Shown here: one piece after another, positions 1 to 12,529 of the stretch
Layout: every line of letters begins with the position of its first letter
How positions within the stretch are numbered: position 1 is the stretch's first letter
Assembly (NCBI RefSeq): GCF_006345805.1
Contig: NC_043014.1
Location: forward strand, 53,940,001 to 54,004,000
From: Octopus sinensis
Lineage: Eukaryota
Length of the DNA: 64,000 nt
Reading direction: 5' to 3'
Program-made: the position numbers and the translations under genes
Notes under the pieces: model-generated
The model's database searches: none
The model's input: the letters and a program-made list of their open reading frames with translations, nothing else
Told to the model about the DNA's origin: nothing

Positions 1-1853
1 GGCCACACTCAGGTGGGTTTTTCTGCTGCCTTTTCTTTCTCTCAGCCCCCAAAGGAATACAGCTTTAAGGGTAAGCCCTCTCTCCTTCCAATGGTGGGTT
101 CCATTTTCTAATGCTTCCTTTTTGCAGTGGGTTGAACCGAAGAATTATATATCATCTTTGACTCTGATAAAGCATAGTGTCACAGACAGGGTACCAACCT
201 TTGACCCTTTGGGGGAGTGAACCAGTACCCTACTAATTTGGTCAAATGCAGATGTTTCTATGTGGCCTATTGACATGCTAGAAATAGAAGCCAAATATTC
301 CTCTAAAAAAAAAAACAAAGTTCTTGGATAATCTATTACAAGACACACTGAGCTTAATAAGGATTCTCAGCACCCTGGGGCACCGTTGATACCTCCATCT
401 TAATTAATAGGCATGATGGGCTTGAAAAAGTGTTGTGTCCCTTCACACCTGAGTCCAGGAGGCAGAGTGTGTGGAGGGGCCAGTTTCCCTACCCACCTTT
501 CCCCCTCTTGTTATGCTTCTAGAGGACATTTGACCATTGGTTTGTTCGATTGGGACTAACCTAGGGCTAAGCAAAACGGCAACAACCACCAGTCGTTGTC
601 AGAATCACAATTCCTTGCCACCCCCACCCCCATCCACCCCCTCCGCCTCATTGTGTGGGGGATTAGATAAACTTGTATGGATTTCTAAACGACATCCAAT
701 TGAGATGACATTCTAATACCGTGATTAAGCTAATCTCATTTGGTTTATATTTACTGAATCTCACAAGTCAAGATCTTGTGTATTTCTGTAGACCCCTGCA
801 GCCTGGGCATAGGCATGGCCTATGTAGTTAAGAAGCTCACTTTGCAGTCACTTGGTTCTAGGTTCAAGACTGCTGTGCAGCACCATGACCTGGGGCCTTT
901 TTTTTTTTTTCCTGCAATAGCCTCGACTCGACTCTCTGCATGTGAAAGTGAGTTGTTGTTGTTGTTGTTGTCGAGGAGCAGGTCAGCCCTGGTTCACTAC
1001 ACCTATGATCATTGACATTTCAGCCATGGCCATCCTGTCTTTTCATGTCTATTAGTACAGTAGCAAATGTGTCCTTCACTTTTTTAAAGACAGTAGGGTG
1101 TGATTTGAGGGAACTAGTTTGCTGTTTCTAGAAAGTCGAGCAATTGCATTGTGGCTCCCTTATTACTTCTGCACAGTTTCATTTGCTGTGGACCCTATGG
1201 ATGGACCTTATGGCTCATAGTTTCTTTTTCCCTTTACTTCACCGGTGTCAGAGGCTGTGAAAGGTCATGAACCTTGACCCTTGTTACTTTGACTAAACCT
1301 TAAAAAAAAAAAAGCAATTACATCTTTAAAAAATAAAGACATGGAATAATAATAATTACAGGTAAAAAAAAATGATCTGGATGGTCATGGCTGGAATGCC
1401 TTTGATCAAAGGTTTGTTCAGGACTGAACAACCCCCATCATCATCATCATCTGAAAACTAACCAATGAAGGAGCCTCCATGCAGTTGCTCAACTTGCTAG
1501 AAATAGGAACCAAATTCCCTTATCATCTTAGAAAAGAGAACAGAGGATAATATATAATCAGGAAAAGACAGGAAGGTCATGGTTGGAATCGTTTTGGTGA
1601 AGAGCGGTTTGTTAAGACTGAGCAACAGCAGCCATTGTCTGAGAAGTCACAAATGAAGGTTACCTCTATGTGGTTGGTCAAGCTGCTAAAAATAACAGTC
1701 AATGTGTTTGTGGCTGGAATTCTTTTGATCTTTGGGCATCTTCTTATTTAACATCTTCATCGTGGAGAATAACAACAACAACAACAACAATTTGCGGTTT
1801 TATTTGTTTATTTGTTTATTTCTGTTTTTTCTTTATTTTTTCTTTTTTTTTAG

Positions 1854-2001
1854 CTTCGACAACTTCTGTCGAATGCACTTGATGACATAACTGAGGATGG
1901 TTTATCTGTGTCTTCCAATGACGATGATGATGAAGATGAAGATGATGAGGATGGGGAGGCGAAGCAACAGAACACAGGAGACAAAGTAGGAAAAAACGAA
2001 G
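1854..2001 (+). CDS. CEP152: CEP152 internal exon (LRQLLSNALDDITEDG...acidic tract...GKNE)
   Basis: Long polypyrimidine tract ending TAG at 1853; donor AG|GTATGC at 2002; resembles the N-terminal PLK4-binding acidic region of CEP152; ends in phase 1. Confidence 0.85.
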
Positions 2002-2035
2002 GTATGCTGTCTTGTGGTGATGGTCATGGCCACAG

Positions 2036-2074
<39 letters not shown>

Positions 2075-3079
2075 GCCCCTTTGTTTTGACCCCATGGGAC
2101 AGTTGTAAATGGGGCCATTACCATCAACCAGGCATTGTTGTTTGTTTCTAGTCTTTTGTGAAAAACGTGCTTACCTCGCTTAGAAACAGGTGAGGGTTGC
2201 AGAAAGGAAGGGCAATTGAGCATTGAAAAATCCGACCCCTACAAGCATGGGAAGGTGGATGTTAAATGGTGGTGGTGGTGGTGGTGGTGGTGGCAATGGC
2301 ATGTGTTGCCAAGTCGTGTCCTCTTGTGAATAACAGCCATGATTTTAGGAGGTTTTTGTTTTTTAGTCACCAGAAGGGTCATGAACCTTGGTTGTTCACT
2401 TTGCAAATATGACTTGCTGACGTGTACCATCCTCCTCCTCCTCCTCATCATCATCCTCCCCTCCTCCTCATCATCATCATTTAGCATCTGTTTTCCATGC
2501 TGGCATGGGTGGATCAGTTTGACAGGAACTGGCCAGGCCAGAGAGTAGCACCAGGCTCCAATTGTCTCTGGTTTGCGTTGGTTTCTATGGCTGGATGCCC
2601 TTCCTGATGCCAACCACTTTACAGAGTGTATTGGGTCCTCTTTATGTGGCTCCAGCACAGGTATTTTATGCCTGGCACCAGCACACATGCTCTTTACGTG
2701 CAACCAGTACAGGTGCTTTTTTCCTGTGACACCAGCCCTGTACAATAGAGTCCCAAGCAAACAGCCCTTTTTGCTGCTTTCATTCAACCAAAGCGAGAGG
2801 GAGAGCTTCACCAATTCTCGTTTTGGATACGTTTCAGCTGAACAGAGTGAAGACACAGGAAATGAAGTAAATTGCTGAAGGACACAATGTGTGGCATGGC
2901 CTAGGAATTGAAACCATGACTTTATGGTTGTGAACTGAACATCCTAATAATTAGGCCATGCGCCTTTTGCATGGAAGAATTAGAATTAAGAATGGTTACT
3001 TTATCCACAAGAAGATGAATTTTGAGACTGGCTTTGTTCTTCATTGTCTCAGCTGACTCCGTCTTTCTCTACTTCGCTT

Positions 3080-3110
<31 letters not shown>

Positions 3111-5632
3111 TACACACATGTGCACAAGAATTCCGTTACTGCTGTGAAATGGTGGGATTGATTATACAAAATATGACAACAGCCAGCTTGATGAGTTTTC
3201 CTGCCTAATTACGACAAAGCCAAACTATGTTATTCTCCCGGCACCAAAGCTGATCTGGTCATTTGATTCTCTGCAGGTTGGAAGTCAGCTTTGTATGCCC
3301 TTTGGCTCGTCAGCTTTGTATGCCCTTTGCAAGTCAGCTTTGTATGCCCTTTGGCTCGTATTGCATGTTGCATATAAACTGCACTACTTACAGTTGGTAT
3401 TTGAGCCATTTAACGTGTGTGTGTGTGTGTTTTCTGAAACTACAAAACCTCACAGAGTAACCCCTAGCTTTGATTTCTGTTAATTGGATGAGGGATGTCT
3501 GGCACTCTGTCAGTTACGACGATGAGGGTTCCAGTTGATCCAATCAACGGAAAAGCCTTCTTGTCGAATTAATATACAAGTGGCTGAGTACCCCACAGAC
3601 AAGCATACCCTTCACGTAGTTCTCAGGGAGATTCAGTGTGACACAGAGTGGCCCTTTGGAATTAATGGAGCAATGGCAAATGATGTACTGTCAGGTATCA
3701 AACTCCTGACCTTCCAATTTCGAGCTGAATACCCTGACCCCTTAGTTACACACCTTCATGGATGAGGGGTGAATGTTTCCCTGGATGTGTTGCCAGTCCC
3801 TTGCTGTTATCTTCCCTCTCAAGCACAAAACCACGTATCCCATTAACAGCTGAATAAAAGTGAAATAAATTCTTTTGATGCCATTGAAATGAAATGTTTC
3901 ACTCCTGATGTGTCAAACCCACAACTAATGAATCCACTCAAGTTAATTAGCCTCTAAAATCTATTTTGTTTATCATTATTATTATTATTAATTGTTTGTT
4001 TTGAAGAAATGGTCATTGTTGAGAAGCATCAGCTTCATGGGACCCCTATGTCAGTTCTGGGCAACCTGCAACCCATGGAACTTTCTGAATGGCTTCCCAA
4101 ATGAAAAGCTACCTCAAATGTGGTTGTTTATGATGATCCATGTCTTGTAAAATGTTGCCCATGCTTACTTTATGTAGTCTCTTGATCTGCTAGAAATAGC
4201 TGCCTAATTCCCTCCAATCACACCTACTCTTTGAGAAAAAACCCCACATAGGTTGATGTATCCCAAAGACATCTCATTTTAAAAATCATCTCCGGCCAAT
4301 CACTGAAAGGATGTTGGTGTTGCCTTGGCAGCGGTTTGCACCCTCATTGCTCGTTGTTGTCGTTACTTTTGGGTGTTGGGAGAGACATTTTCTGTTTGTG
4401 TATTTTTCTAAATGTTTCACTATTTTAATTAATTATTTATTTATTCATTTGAATTCCAATCTTTTCATCTAGCTTGAATGGCAGCTTTGAACATCGTCAC
4501 TCATTGCTTTCGCCTCATACGTTTCCTGGAGCAAGGACGAAGTTACCCGACGCTTGCAACCAACAACACACTGAAACCATGACGATTCCACTTGCAAGCA
4601 ATGGTCAGATGCCTGTTGACCAGCATTGTCGACAGCAGCCGGAAGTGTCCCCCCAGCAAACCCCAGCTATGTACTACCCCCAGTTCCACTACCTTTACTC
4701 AATTGCCACCGATAAAGACTCTCCTATAATGACAGCCACCTCAAACAACTACGAGCAGCAGCAACCAACGCATCCAATGTGCCACCAGGCACACCAGCAT
4801 CATTTTGGGTTGATGCCCTCTTCATCAGTGGCACACGAGGTTGCTTGCAACAATAACAACAACAACAACGCTGTGGATGCTAATCACTGGTTGGATCCCC
4901 ACGAAGAGATTTATTACAGGGAAAACTATGGCCCGGACCCTGTGGCCAGGCAGGACTTTTACCAACACCACCAACATCATCCTGTTGTCTTACCCCATGA
5001 TGGAACTAATTTCGCTCCCAGACATATTTCACCGCATCAAACAAATGGTAACACAACCCTACTGATTTCCTTTATTGTTCAAACTTGTTCTCTCTCCTCT
5101 CCATCTCCATCCTCTCCATTTCAGAGTCAAATATTTGCTGTAGAAGACAACAGTTGATCGGTAGAATTGATGGAGTGTCGGGACTAATACCTTGTGGTCA
5201 GTGGCGGACTAGCCTGCAGGTTGCCAGCTTGCCCGATGGCAAGTGGGCCCCTGCACCATTAGAATCCATATATGGGGGCCTATGTTAGTATCTAAAGGGT
5301 CCATCCCCTCAAGTTTGAGAAATTTTTATTCACTCCTGGAAGAATGCATTAATTATTTCAGCCTGGCTCTGTTTGTAGACAGTTGAAAAGAAAACTTTTT
5401 ACAAAAAAAAAAAATTTAATTATAGCATTGTAGTTGCGGGTGGGCACCCTTGTAGTTGCGGGTGCCCCACCCCTTAGTCTCCTGGCATAGACCCAGTCTT
5501 CCACAGCTTGTGGAACTTGCTCTGGTTCTTTGGGTTCTCAGTTCAAATCTGGCTGAGATCAACTCTACCGTTCATCCTTCTAGGATCAATAAACTAAGTA
5601 CCAGTCATGTACTGGGCTCATATTCTCTCTCT

Positions 5633-5677
<45 letters not shown>

Positions 5678-5701
5678 TCCTCTCTCTCTCTCTCTCTCTC
5701 T

Positions 5702-5733
<32 letters not shown>

Positions 5734-5844
5734 GAATTGTATCATCTCTTCTGGGTTATTGTCAATCAATCAATTAACCATCTGAAATTTAGATTGGCAA
5801 TTAGTTGAGCACTGATGCCAGAAGACAAAATTTGTGTGTGTATG

Positions 5845-5886
<42 letters not shown>

Positions 5887-6912
5887 AGAAAAAAGCAACA
5901 AGAATGGATTAGTTGTTCAGTACAATTGTTTCATACGAAGAACAGATTTATTAAAAGCTGCAAATATTGCAGCAAATACAAGTGTCCCGTATTCATCAAC
6001 CAAAACACATATGAGTTATATATATATATATATATATATATAGGTGTATATATATATATATAGGTGTATATATGCCATCATCATCATTTCTATGACTGGT
6101 TGATGCCCTTCCTAATGCCAACCCCTTTACAGAGTGTAGTGAGGGGTTCTTATGTGGCAGCAGCACTAATAGAAGTCACCAAGTGACTTGCGAGACAAAG
6201 ACCCCTCAATTAGGGATTGGGAGTAGCATTGAGGGACAGAAAAAGGAGTCTTGCATTAGAGTGGAAACATGGCTGTCTGGGGTGGAGAGAGAGGGGGGGA
6301 AGTGTGGGCTGGGGATTGGAAAGGGTGAGTTCATGAGACGTGTGGTCAGTTGGGGGATAGATAAAAGGAGGGGGTGTTGTGGGGAAGAGATTCAACAGGG
6401 ACATAGAGTGGGGGGTGAACTGCAGGGGTTAGGAAGCAGGGTCAGGGATTGGGCCATGGACGTGACCTACTTTTATGGCCTCCATTCTACTTAGCTGGGC
6501 AGATCTTCTTAAGCACAGCAAACGCTCAATTCTCTCATTTCCTCTGTGGCACTCAACATCTGGAGGACATTTTTCACCATTTGGTCCTATGTCTTCCTTT
6601 TCCACAGGTTCCCTCCACATTCAGAGATCGGAACTTTTTTACACAGCTGTCTCCATCCATGACCATACCAACAGTCTTCTCTCTTGCATCCTATAACTAA
6701 TGCCCCTTAGACCCAATCATTTCTCTTAAAACCTTTACTCCCTGAATCAAGTAAATGCATTTACTTGTTCTGACCCATTTGAGGTAAGACATTATTATTG
6801 TTCACTGATATTTTTTCCTATCATGTCTGTAATGGATTTGTGACGTTTCTGGTGGTACAGAAGTATTTTTTGACTTCTATCATTAGCGATATAGGTACTC
6901 GTGTAGTACCCT

Positions 6913-6947
<35 letters not shown>

Positions 6948-8422
6948 GATGGACTCTCCCATCAAAGACAATGTATGAGCATTCAGCTTTTGCTGAATGA
7001 CCAGCACAAATGATTTGCTTCTAGTGATCAAATACCTGTGCCGTACATTAGCTCCCCCCCTCCCTCCATCTAATCAGTGTTGTCTGAACAGTTGCTTTGT
7101 CTACTGCACATCAGGTGTCAAAGTGATCTTGACAACTGATGGTGACGTGTTTACATCCCTGTAACCTAGCAGTTTGGCAAAAGGGGAATGATTGAATTAA
7201 AAAAAAAAAAACAGTAAGTACTGAAGCTAATTCATTCAACTAAAATTTCTTCAGGGCAATGCCCCAGCATGGCCACAGTTTAATGACTGAAAGAAGCAAA
7301 AGATAAAAGGTATATATATATGTAAGTCTCTCTGTTTTGTTTTGTTTCAGGTGAACTCCATCCTCAAAGCCAACAACACGGGGCCCCAGTCCTTGAAAAC
7401 TCTTCAGTCAACAATAAAATGGGGTTTGATGCAGTTCACAGCCGGCAAGCAGCAGCAGGCCAGAGCAATGGCTATGCCCTTCTGACTGAAGCCGAGAAGC
7501 CAGCTGTGAGTTGGGACCAGCTCAATGGGTACAAGGTGCAGTATCGCAAACCCCCCACAGATGGAGGGACAAACGCATTCCAGACAGAAACAGGCTCAAG
7601 TAAGGAATCCAGCCCACACAAACAGGAGGACTTTGTTCATATAGGTCAGTTCAGATATATAGCATCATCATCATTTAATATCCATTTTCCATGATGTCAT
7701 AGACCAGTGCTCTTCAAACTTTTTGCTGGAGCGGAACCCCAAGGAAACATTCCACTGGCTCGAGGAACCCCTGTGCAATAATTTAATAGTCTTATGCACA
7801 CATATCTGCACAGGAGAATTAAAAATTACAGCCGATTTTAGCATTTTTGTAACTTCTTGCGGAACCCTTGGACTGTACTGGCGGAACCCTGGTTGAAGAC
7901 CACTGTCATAGACTTTATGATTTGAAAGGGGCTGGCTAGGTTGAAGGCTGCCCCATGCTTCCCTGTCTGTTTTGGCAGGGTTTTTTACAGCTGGATGCCC
8001 TTCCTAACACCAACCTCCATACAGAGAGGACCAAGTGCTTTTCACGTGGCACCAGCATTGGCAAGGCCTGTTTCAGCATGGTTTATATAAACATAAACAT
8101 TGTAGTCTCACAGGTTCACAACACTCTCCGTTCTATAAATTTGACTTTGGTTTTATTATCAAGTACCAGTCAAGCACTGGGGTTCACGAAATCGACCAGC
8201 ACCCGACCCTTAAAATTCCAGGCCTTGTGCATCATTGTCATTAAGGTGGGGATCTGACAGAATCATTGGCCCACGGGACAAAATGTTGCTGTGCATTGCG
8301 TCCATTTTTACATTTTGAGTTCAAATTCTGCTGAGGTCAGCTTTGCCTCACATCTTTTTGGGGTCAATGCAATTGATTTACCCCTCCCCTCAAAGTACTG
8401 GCCTTGTGCCAAAATTTGAAAC

Positions 8423-8458
<36 letters not shown>

Positions 8459-11400
8459 GGTAGTTGTGAGCTGGCAGAATTGTTGCCATGCTGGACGAAA
8501 TGCTTAGCAGTATTCCTTCCGGTTCTCCAAGACCAGATTTGCCTTTTGTCCTTTTATGGTCAATAGAATAAGTACCAACTGAGTAGTTGGCTTCCCCTGA
8601 AATTGCTGGCCTTGTGCCTAAATCAGAAGTTTCTTTTTCCGGTCATTTTATCAATCCACAGTTTGTATGAGGAGCATTTTGTGCTCTCCTTCTTTTTTCC
8701 TTTCACCTTTTCTGATACATTTCCTGTCCTGTGTCTGCTCCTGAGTTAAGGTCAAGTTTTTCAACAAACCTTCTTACACACAAACACACATTCTTACACT
8801 CAGATACAGGCGTTCATACATATACATTCTCACATATAATGCATCATCTTACACTCTCTCTCCCTCCCTCTCTCTTTCCTCTCCTTCCCTCTCGCTCTCA
8901 CAGAGTCTCAATAAAGGTGTACTGGTTTTCATTTTATTGTTTATTTAATTACAGGTGGGTCAGGAGAGCAGAAAGAACTGGTTCAGTTACAGATTTTATA
9001 CAAAGCTCGTGGACGAAAAGTGGACGAATTGAGTCAGGAATTATCCAACTTGAAAAAGGAGATGGATGAGGAAGTGGAACTTTTGCAGCAGAGAGTGATG
9101 GAAGTTGGGAAAGAACGAGATGGAACTGTTACGAGTCTTAAGATGTGTCAGGATTTGTTACAGCAATCGAAGACGGAGGTGAGCCAGTTGAAGGGTCAAC
9201 TAGCAACATCGGAGACTCTGGCTCAAGCATTGACAAAAAGCAAAGAAGAAGTTATTGGCAAGCTGATGTCTGCGGAATCGGCAATTGAATCACTCAATCA
9301 TCAGGTTGAAGAACTCAGTAAAAGCGAGACTCTTGAGCGAGCCCGACTCCAGCATGACTCCATCATTGAAGGCCTGCAACATCGTTATCAGAAAGAAATC
9401 AATATTTTGAACAAAGAAATAGATTCTCTAACACAGAATAACAAAAGCCGTGAGGAAGAGGTGTCCATGTTGAAAAGACAATTGAACGATGCCTTGAAAA
9501 ATGTGGAAAACGCTCAGATCAACCGTGCTGAAACAATCAACCGGTTGACTCGAACATTAGAAGAAAGCCAGCGGCAGTGCCAACATTTACTGCAAGCGTC
9601 TGCTCAGTCCAATTCTTCCAGCCAACAACTGACTGACTTCCAGAACCGTTTGCAACAAGCCGAATCTGCTAAGAGGGCAGCAGAAGAGAAATTTTCTGAT
9701 TTTCAGCAGGAATTGAAGAGCCTTAAATATCAGTTGTCAATGTTTGATTCAGCTTCCAAACTCGGTGTTTTTGCTTCCAAAGAACCTGATAAAGCAAATT
9801 CAAATTTGGAGAATTCTTTCCAGGAATTAGGTATCAAAAAGAAACTTGTTTTCTCTACTCCAGAAACTAGTTTGAGTGAAGACTCAGGTAACGAATCCCA
9901 AATTCGAGGATTGAAGCACGAACTGGAAAGATGTTTGATAAACAACAGGGAAAAGCAGGCCCTTATTGAGGAACTGCGAGAAACTGTGCAGAAGCTGCAG
10001 AAAGAAGTTTCAGATTGGCAATTAAAGTGTTCGAAATCCGAAGAAACCATTGAAGCACTGAAGGTTGGGAAGAATTCAAGTTTTGAAGAAAGTTTATTAC
10101 AAAAAGAACTTGAGGCAACCAGAGAGGAAGTGGCACAGTGTAAGAAAGACAACCAGAATTACAAAGAACGTCTCCGACTTGCAAAAGAAGCTGAAAGCCA
10201 ATTGAAGGCGTGCAATGATGATCTTGAGTCTAAACTGGAAAACATCAGAGAGAAATGTGATGCTGAAAAAGTGAGTGCCTTAGAACAGTGTAAAAAAACA
10301 TATGAAACCTTTCAGGATGATGTGAAAGAAAGGTTATTATTGGACCTGCAGACCCAGTTTGATGAAAAATATGCTTTGGTTGTGAGTGAGTGTGAAAAGA
10401 AACTTTCATTTTTGAAGAGCAATTTGGAAGCTGCTCTTACCCGAGAAGATGAACTGAAAGAAATTTATGTGTCTGTTTGTCAGGAAAAGAGTCAATTAGA
10501 AGACCAACTGACACAGCAAATGACAGATTTACAAGAAAATAATGCAAATGGAACAACCAGGCTTTCTAAACGTGATTGCTTAGAAGTTGTCAGTGTTGAA
10601 GTCCAGTGTCGTCTGTTGGACATGGAATGTAACTCATCAGCCAAAGATGTTCTCAGGTCAGAATTGGAACAAGAAATGAAAGAGAGTCTTTTGGTAAAAA
10701 TCCGAGAGGAAATTGCTGCAGAAACACAAGAGAAACTGGAAGCTGTTCGCCAACAAGTGACCGATGGTTGCCAGAAAGAACATGATGACCAACTGGAGAA
10801 TTACAAAAAGGCTCTGCAAGAGAAAATTGAAGATGAAGTTAGGAAAGAATGGATGGTTGCTGAAAAGAGTAAACAAATTCCTGTCGGGATCCAAGTTTGT
10901 TTGGATGAAAGTGAGGAGAATAAGAGTGAAGAATATATTGAGAAGCTGAGGAGTGAGCTGCTGGCAGAAATTGATGAAGAAAAGCAAAATGAATGGATCC
11001 AACGAGAAACGGAAATGAAAAAGAAACATCTGGAAGAAATGAAAGAATTAGAGAAGGAATTGCAAGAAAAGAGTGAAAATCGTGAAGTTGGGTTTGGATT
11101 TTCTATTTCCTCTCAGATTATGAAAGAACGAAGAGAAGAGGAGAGACAGAGAATAAAGTCAGGTGTGGATGCTGCCAAGATTGAATGGCAGCATCTTCAT
11201 GAGTCAAGGCTTGAGATGGAGGTGAAGAGGAAGATTGCAGCAGAGAAGGAAGTGTGGCAGAAGGATGTAGTAGCAGAATGTCAGAGGGAATGGCATGGAC
11301 GGCTGCAGAAAGAGAAGACAAAATGGGAGAATTGTGCTAAAGAGCAACAGCAGAAAGCTTTGGTTGCTGCCGTGGAAACTGCGAAGAACAACTGGGCCAA

Positions 11401-12529
11401 ACGTCAAGAAGTTCACCGAGATGAAATGCGAAAGAAGCTGGAGCAGGAAAAGATGAATTTACAGAAAGAACACAAGGTATGGTTGAGGAAATTGTTGTCT
11501 CTGTTTACAGTTCAGTGGCCTGGGCTTGTAAGATAGAAATGTTTGAACTATGTTACATAGGGATATTTTTTTTGTTTTTTTGCCAGGAAAAGCTGCAGAT
11601 ATTATTGAATCAAGTGCAGAGTGAATATTGGACAAGTGTGAGCAGTATCCAGAAGAATCTGGTCCGATATTTGTCGGAAAACAGCTTCCGAATGCAGCAA
11701 TTGATTTACTTGTCTGAGAGAAACCCAACGACAACCAATCTCTGGGACAGGAGAAACTTCCACAATGCTTCCGATGTTAACAGCCGCCAAATTCAAAACA
11801 TTTCGCATAGGTTGGTATCACTTTAGGAATCGATTTCATTGCCAAGTTTCTTGTCTTATATTAATATCCACACCCTCCCCCCCACATCCTGCAAGTACTC
11901 AAGCAAATAAGCCTCAAATATGGTTGCTTGACATACTTGAAATAGCAGCCAAATCTCACTCAACCATAGACAACTGTCTTAAAAATGGAAGGACAATGAG
12001 GGAACCTTTCAGCATAGTCATTCAACCTGTAGAAATAACAGCCAAATTTCCCTCAAAATCATGCCCTACTGTCTTAGAGAAAAAGAGGACATAAATCGTG
12101 TACCCCTTAGATAGCTCCACTAAAATAAGGAATGGTCACAGTTGGAAAGGCTTTGATCATGGATACCAAACTTTAAAATAATTCCTGGGTTTGATTTCAT
12201 CTATGATACCCTTCAAAGTGGTGCCCCAGCATGGGCCACAATCCAGTGACTAAAACAAGTAAAACCCACCAGCCACATATTTTATTAGAAATGTGGCCCC
12301 AAAAGGGTCGAATCCTCCCCACCCCCACTCTTTGAAATTTGTTTATTGCAGATAAATGAGAAGTTTTTCTATTTTGTTTTTTTCTTATTTATTTATTATC
12401 AGAGCCGACCAGCTGCAGCCTCAGCCCTTTGTGCCAAGACCCTTCAACTCAGGAGATGGACAAGTTTTGAACAGAATAGAAGAGAACAGTGAAAGTTCGT
12501 ATTTCGAAATATCCGAAGAATTACGGTGA
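1854..12529 (+). CDS. CEP152: Centrosomal protein 152 (Asterless) orthologue, 5'-partial spliced CDS: join(<1854..2001,[4473..5047],7351..7644,8955..11476,11587..11810,12403..12529)
   Basis: Manual splicing at GT-AG sites. Translated segments LRQLLSNALDD, LVQLQILYKARGRKVDEL, SETLERARLQHDSIIEGL, RAETINRLTRTLEESQRQCQHLLQ and QSEYWTSVSSIQKNLVRYL match my recollection of human CEP152 ([88 protein letters not shown]). Phases agree from 5047 onward. No BLAST was run. Confidence 0.92.
3284..3357. repeat. Minisatellite, 3 x 24-25 bp (GTCAGCTTTGTATGCCCTTTG...)
   Basis: Directly visible units at 3284, 3309 and 3333. Confidence 0.95.
3500..3745 (+). mobile_element. SINE-like dispersed repeat family C (3' body fragment)
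   Basis: The block ACGACGATGAGGGTTCCAGTTGATCC...CAAGTGGCTGAGTACCCCACAGAC...GGGAGATTCAGTGTGACACAGAG recurs in reverse orientation at about 29520-29695. Confidence 0.65.
4473..5047 (+). CDS. CEP152: Probable CEP152 exon encoding a Q/H/N/P-rich low-complexity region
   Basis: Acceptor TTTTCATCTAG|C at 4472, open frame, donor G|GTAACA at 5048 in phase 1 matching the exon at 7351. The 5' end is phase 2 and does not match the upstream exon (see findings). Confidence 0.6.
5623..5732. repeat. (CT)n microsatellite
   Basis: Directly visible. Confidence 0.98.
6075..6700 (-). mobile_element. RTE-clade LINE 3' end (degenerate ORF2 C-terminus, 3'UTR and (GAT)n tail)
   Basis: Minus-strand translation gives MQERRL..., KKFRSLNVEGTCGKGR, FAVLKKICPAK*, typical of the RTE ORF2 terminus. 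It is followed by a C-rich UTR and the tail ACTACACTCTGTAAAGGGGTTGGCATTAGGAAGGGCATC...GATGATGATG. Confidence 0.8.
7351..7644 (+). CDS. CEP152: CEP152 exon (ELHPQSQQH...KQEDFVHI)
   Basis: Acceptor TTTTGTTTTGTTTCAG| at 7350, donor AG|GTCAGT at 7645, phase 1 to phase 1, open frame. Confidence 0.85.
7705..7905. mobile_element. hAT (Charlie-like) MITE, 201 bp
   Basis: TIRs CAGTGCTCTTCAAAC / GGTTGAAGACCACTG (13/15 match); perfect 8-bp TSD TCATAGAC at 7697-7704 and 7906-7913. Confidence 0.9.
8955..11476 (+). CDS. CEP152: CEP152 large 2522-bp coiled-coil exon
   Basis: Acceptor TTAATTACAG| at 8954, donor AAG|GTATGG at 11477; contains most of the 838-aa ORF 9020..11536 with the CEP152-like motifs. 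Confidence 0.95.
11587..11810 (+). CDS. CEP152: CEP152 exon (EKLQILLNQVQSEYWTSV...NISHR)
   Basis: Acceptor TTTTTTGCCAG| at 11586, donor AG|GTTGGT at 11811, phase 0 to phase 2; resembles the conserved C-terminal helix of CEP152. Confidence 0.88.
12403..12529 (+). CDS. CEP152: CEP152 terminal coding exon (ADQLQPQPF...EISEELR*)
   Basis: Acceptor TTATTATCAG| at 12402, phase 2 matches the previous exon, TGA stop at 12527-12529. Confidence 0.8.

Noticed and set aside
2239-2878. 205-aa and 101-aa ORFs in the CEP152 intron
   Set aside because: They overlap (TGG)n/(CAT)n microsatellites and an RTE-tail repeat; no coding signature.
3284-3357. Short direct repeats resembling a mini-CRISPR
   Set aside because: Contiguous 24-25-bp tandem units with no spacers; an ordinary minisatellite.
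9730-11734. Multiple antisense ORFs up to 140 aa
   Set aside because: Shadow frames of the large CEP152 coding exon; no independent homology signal.
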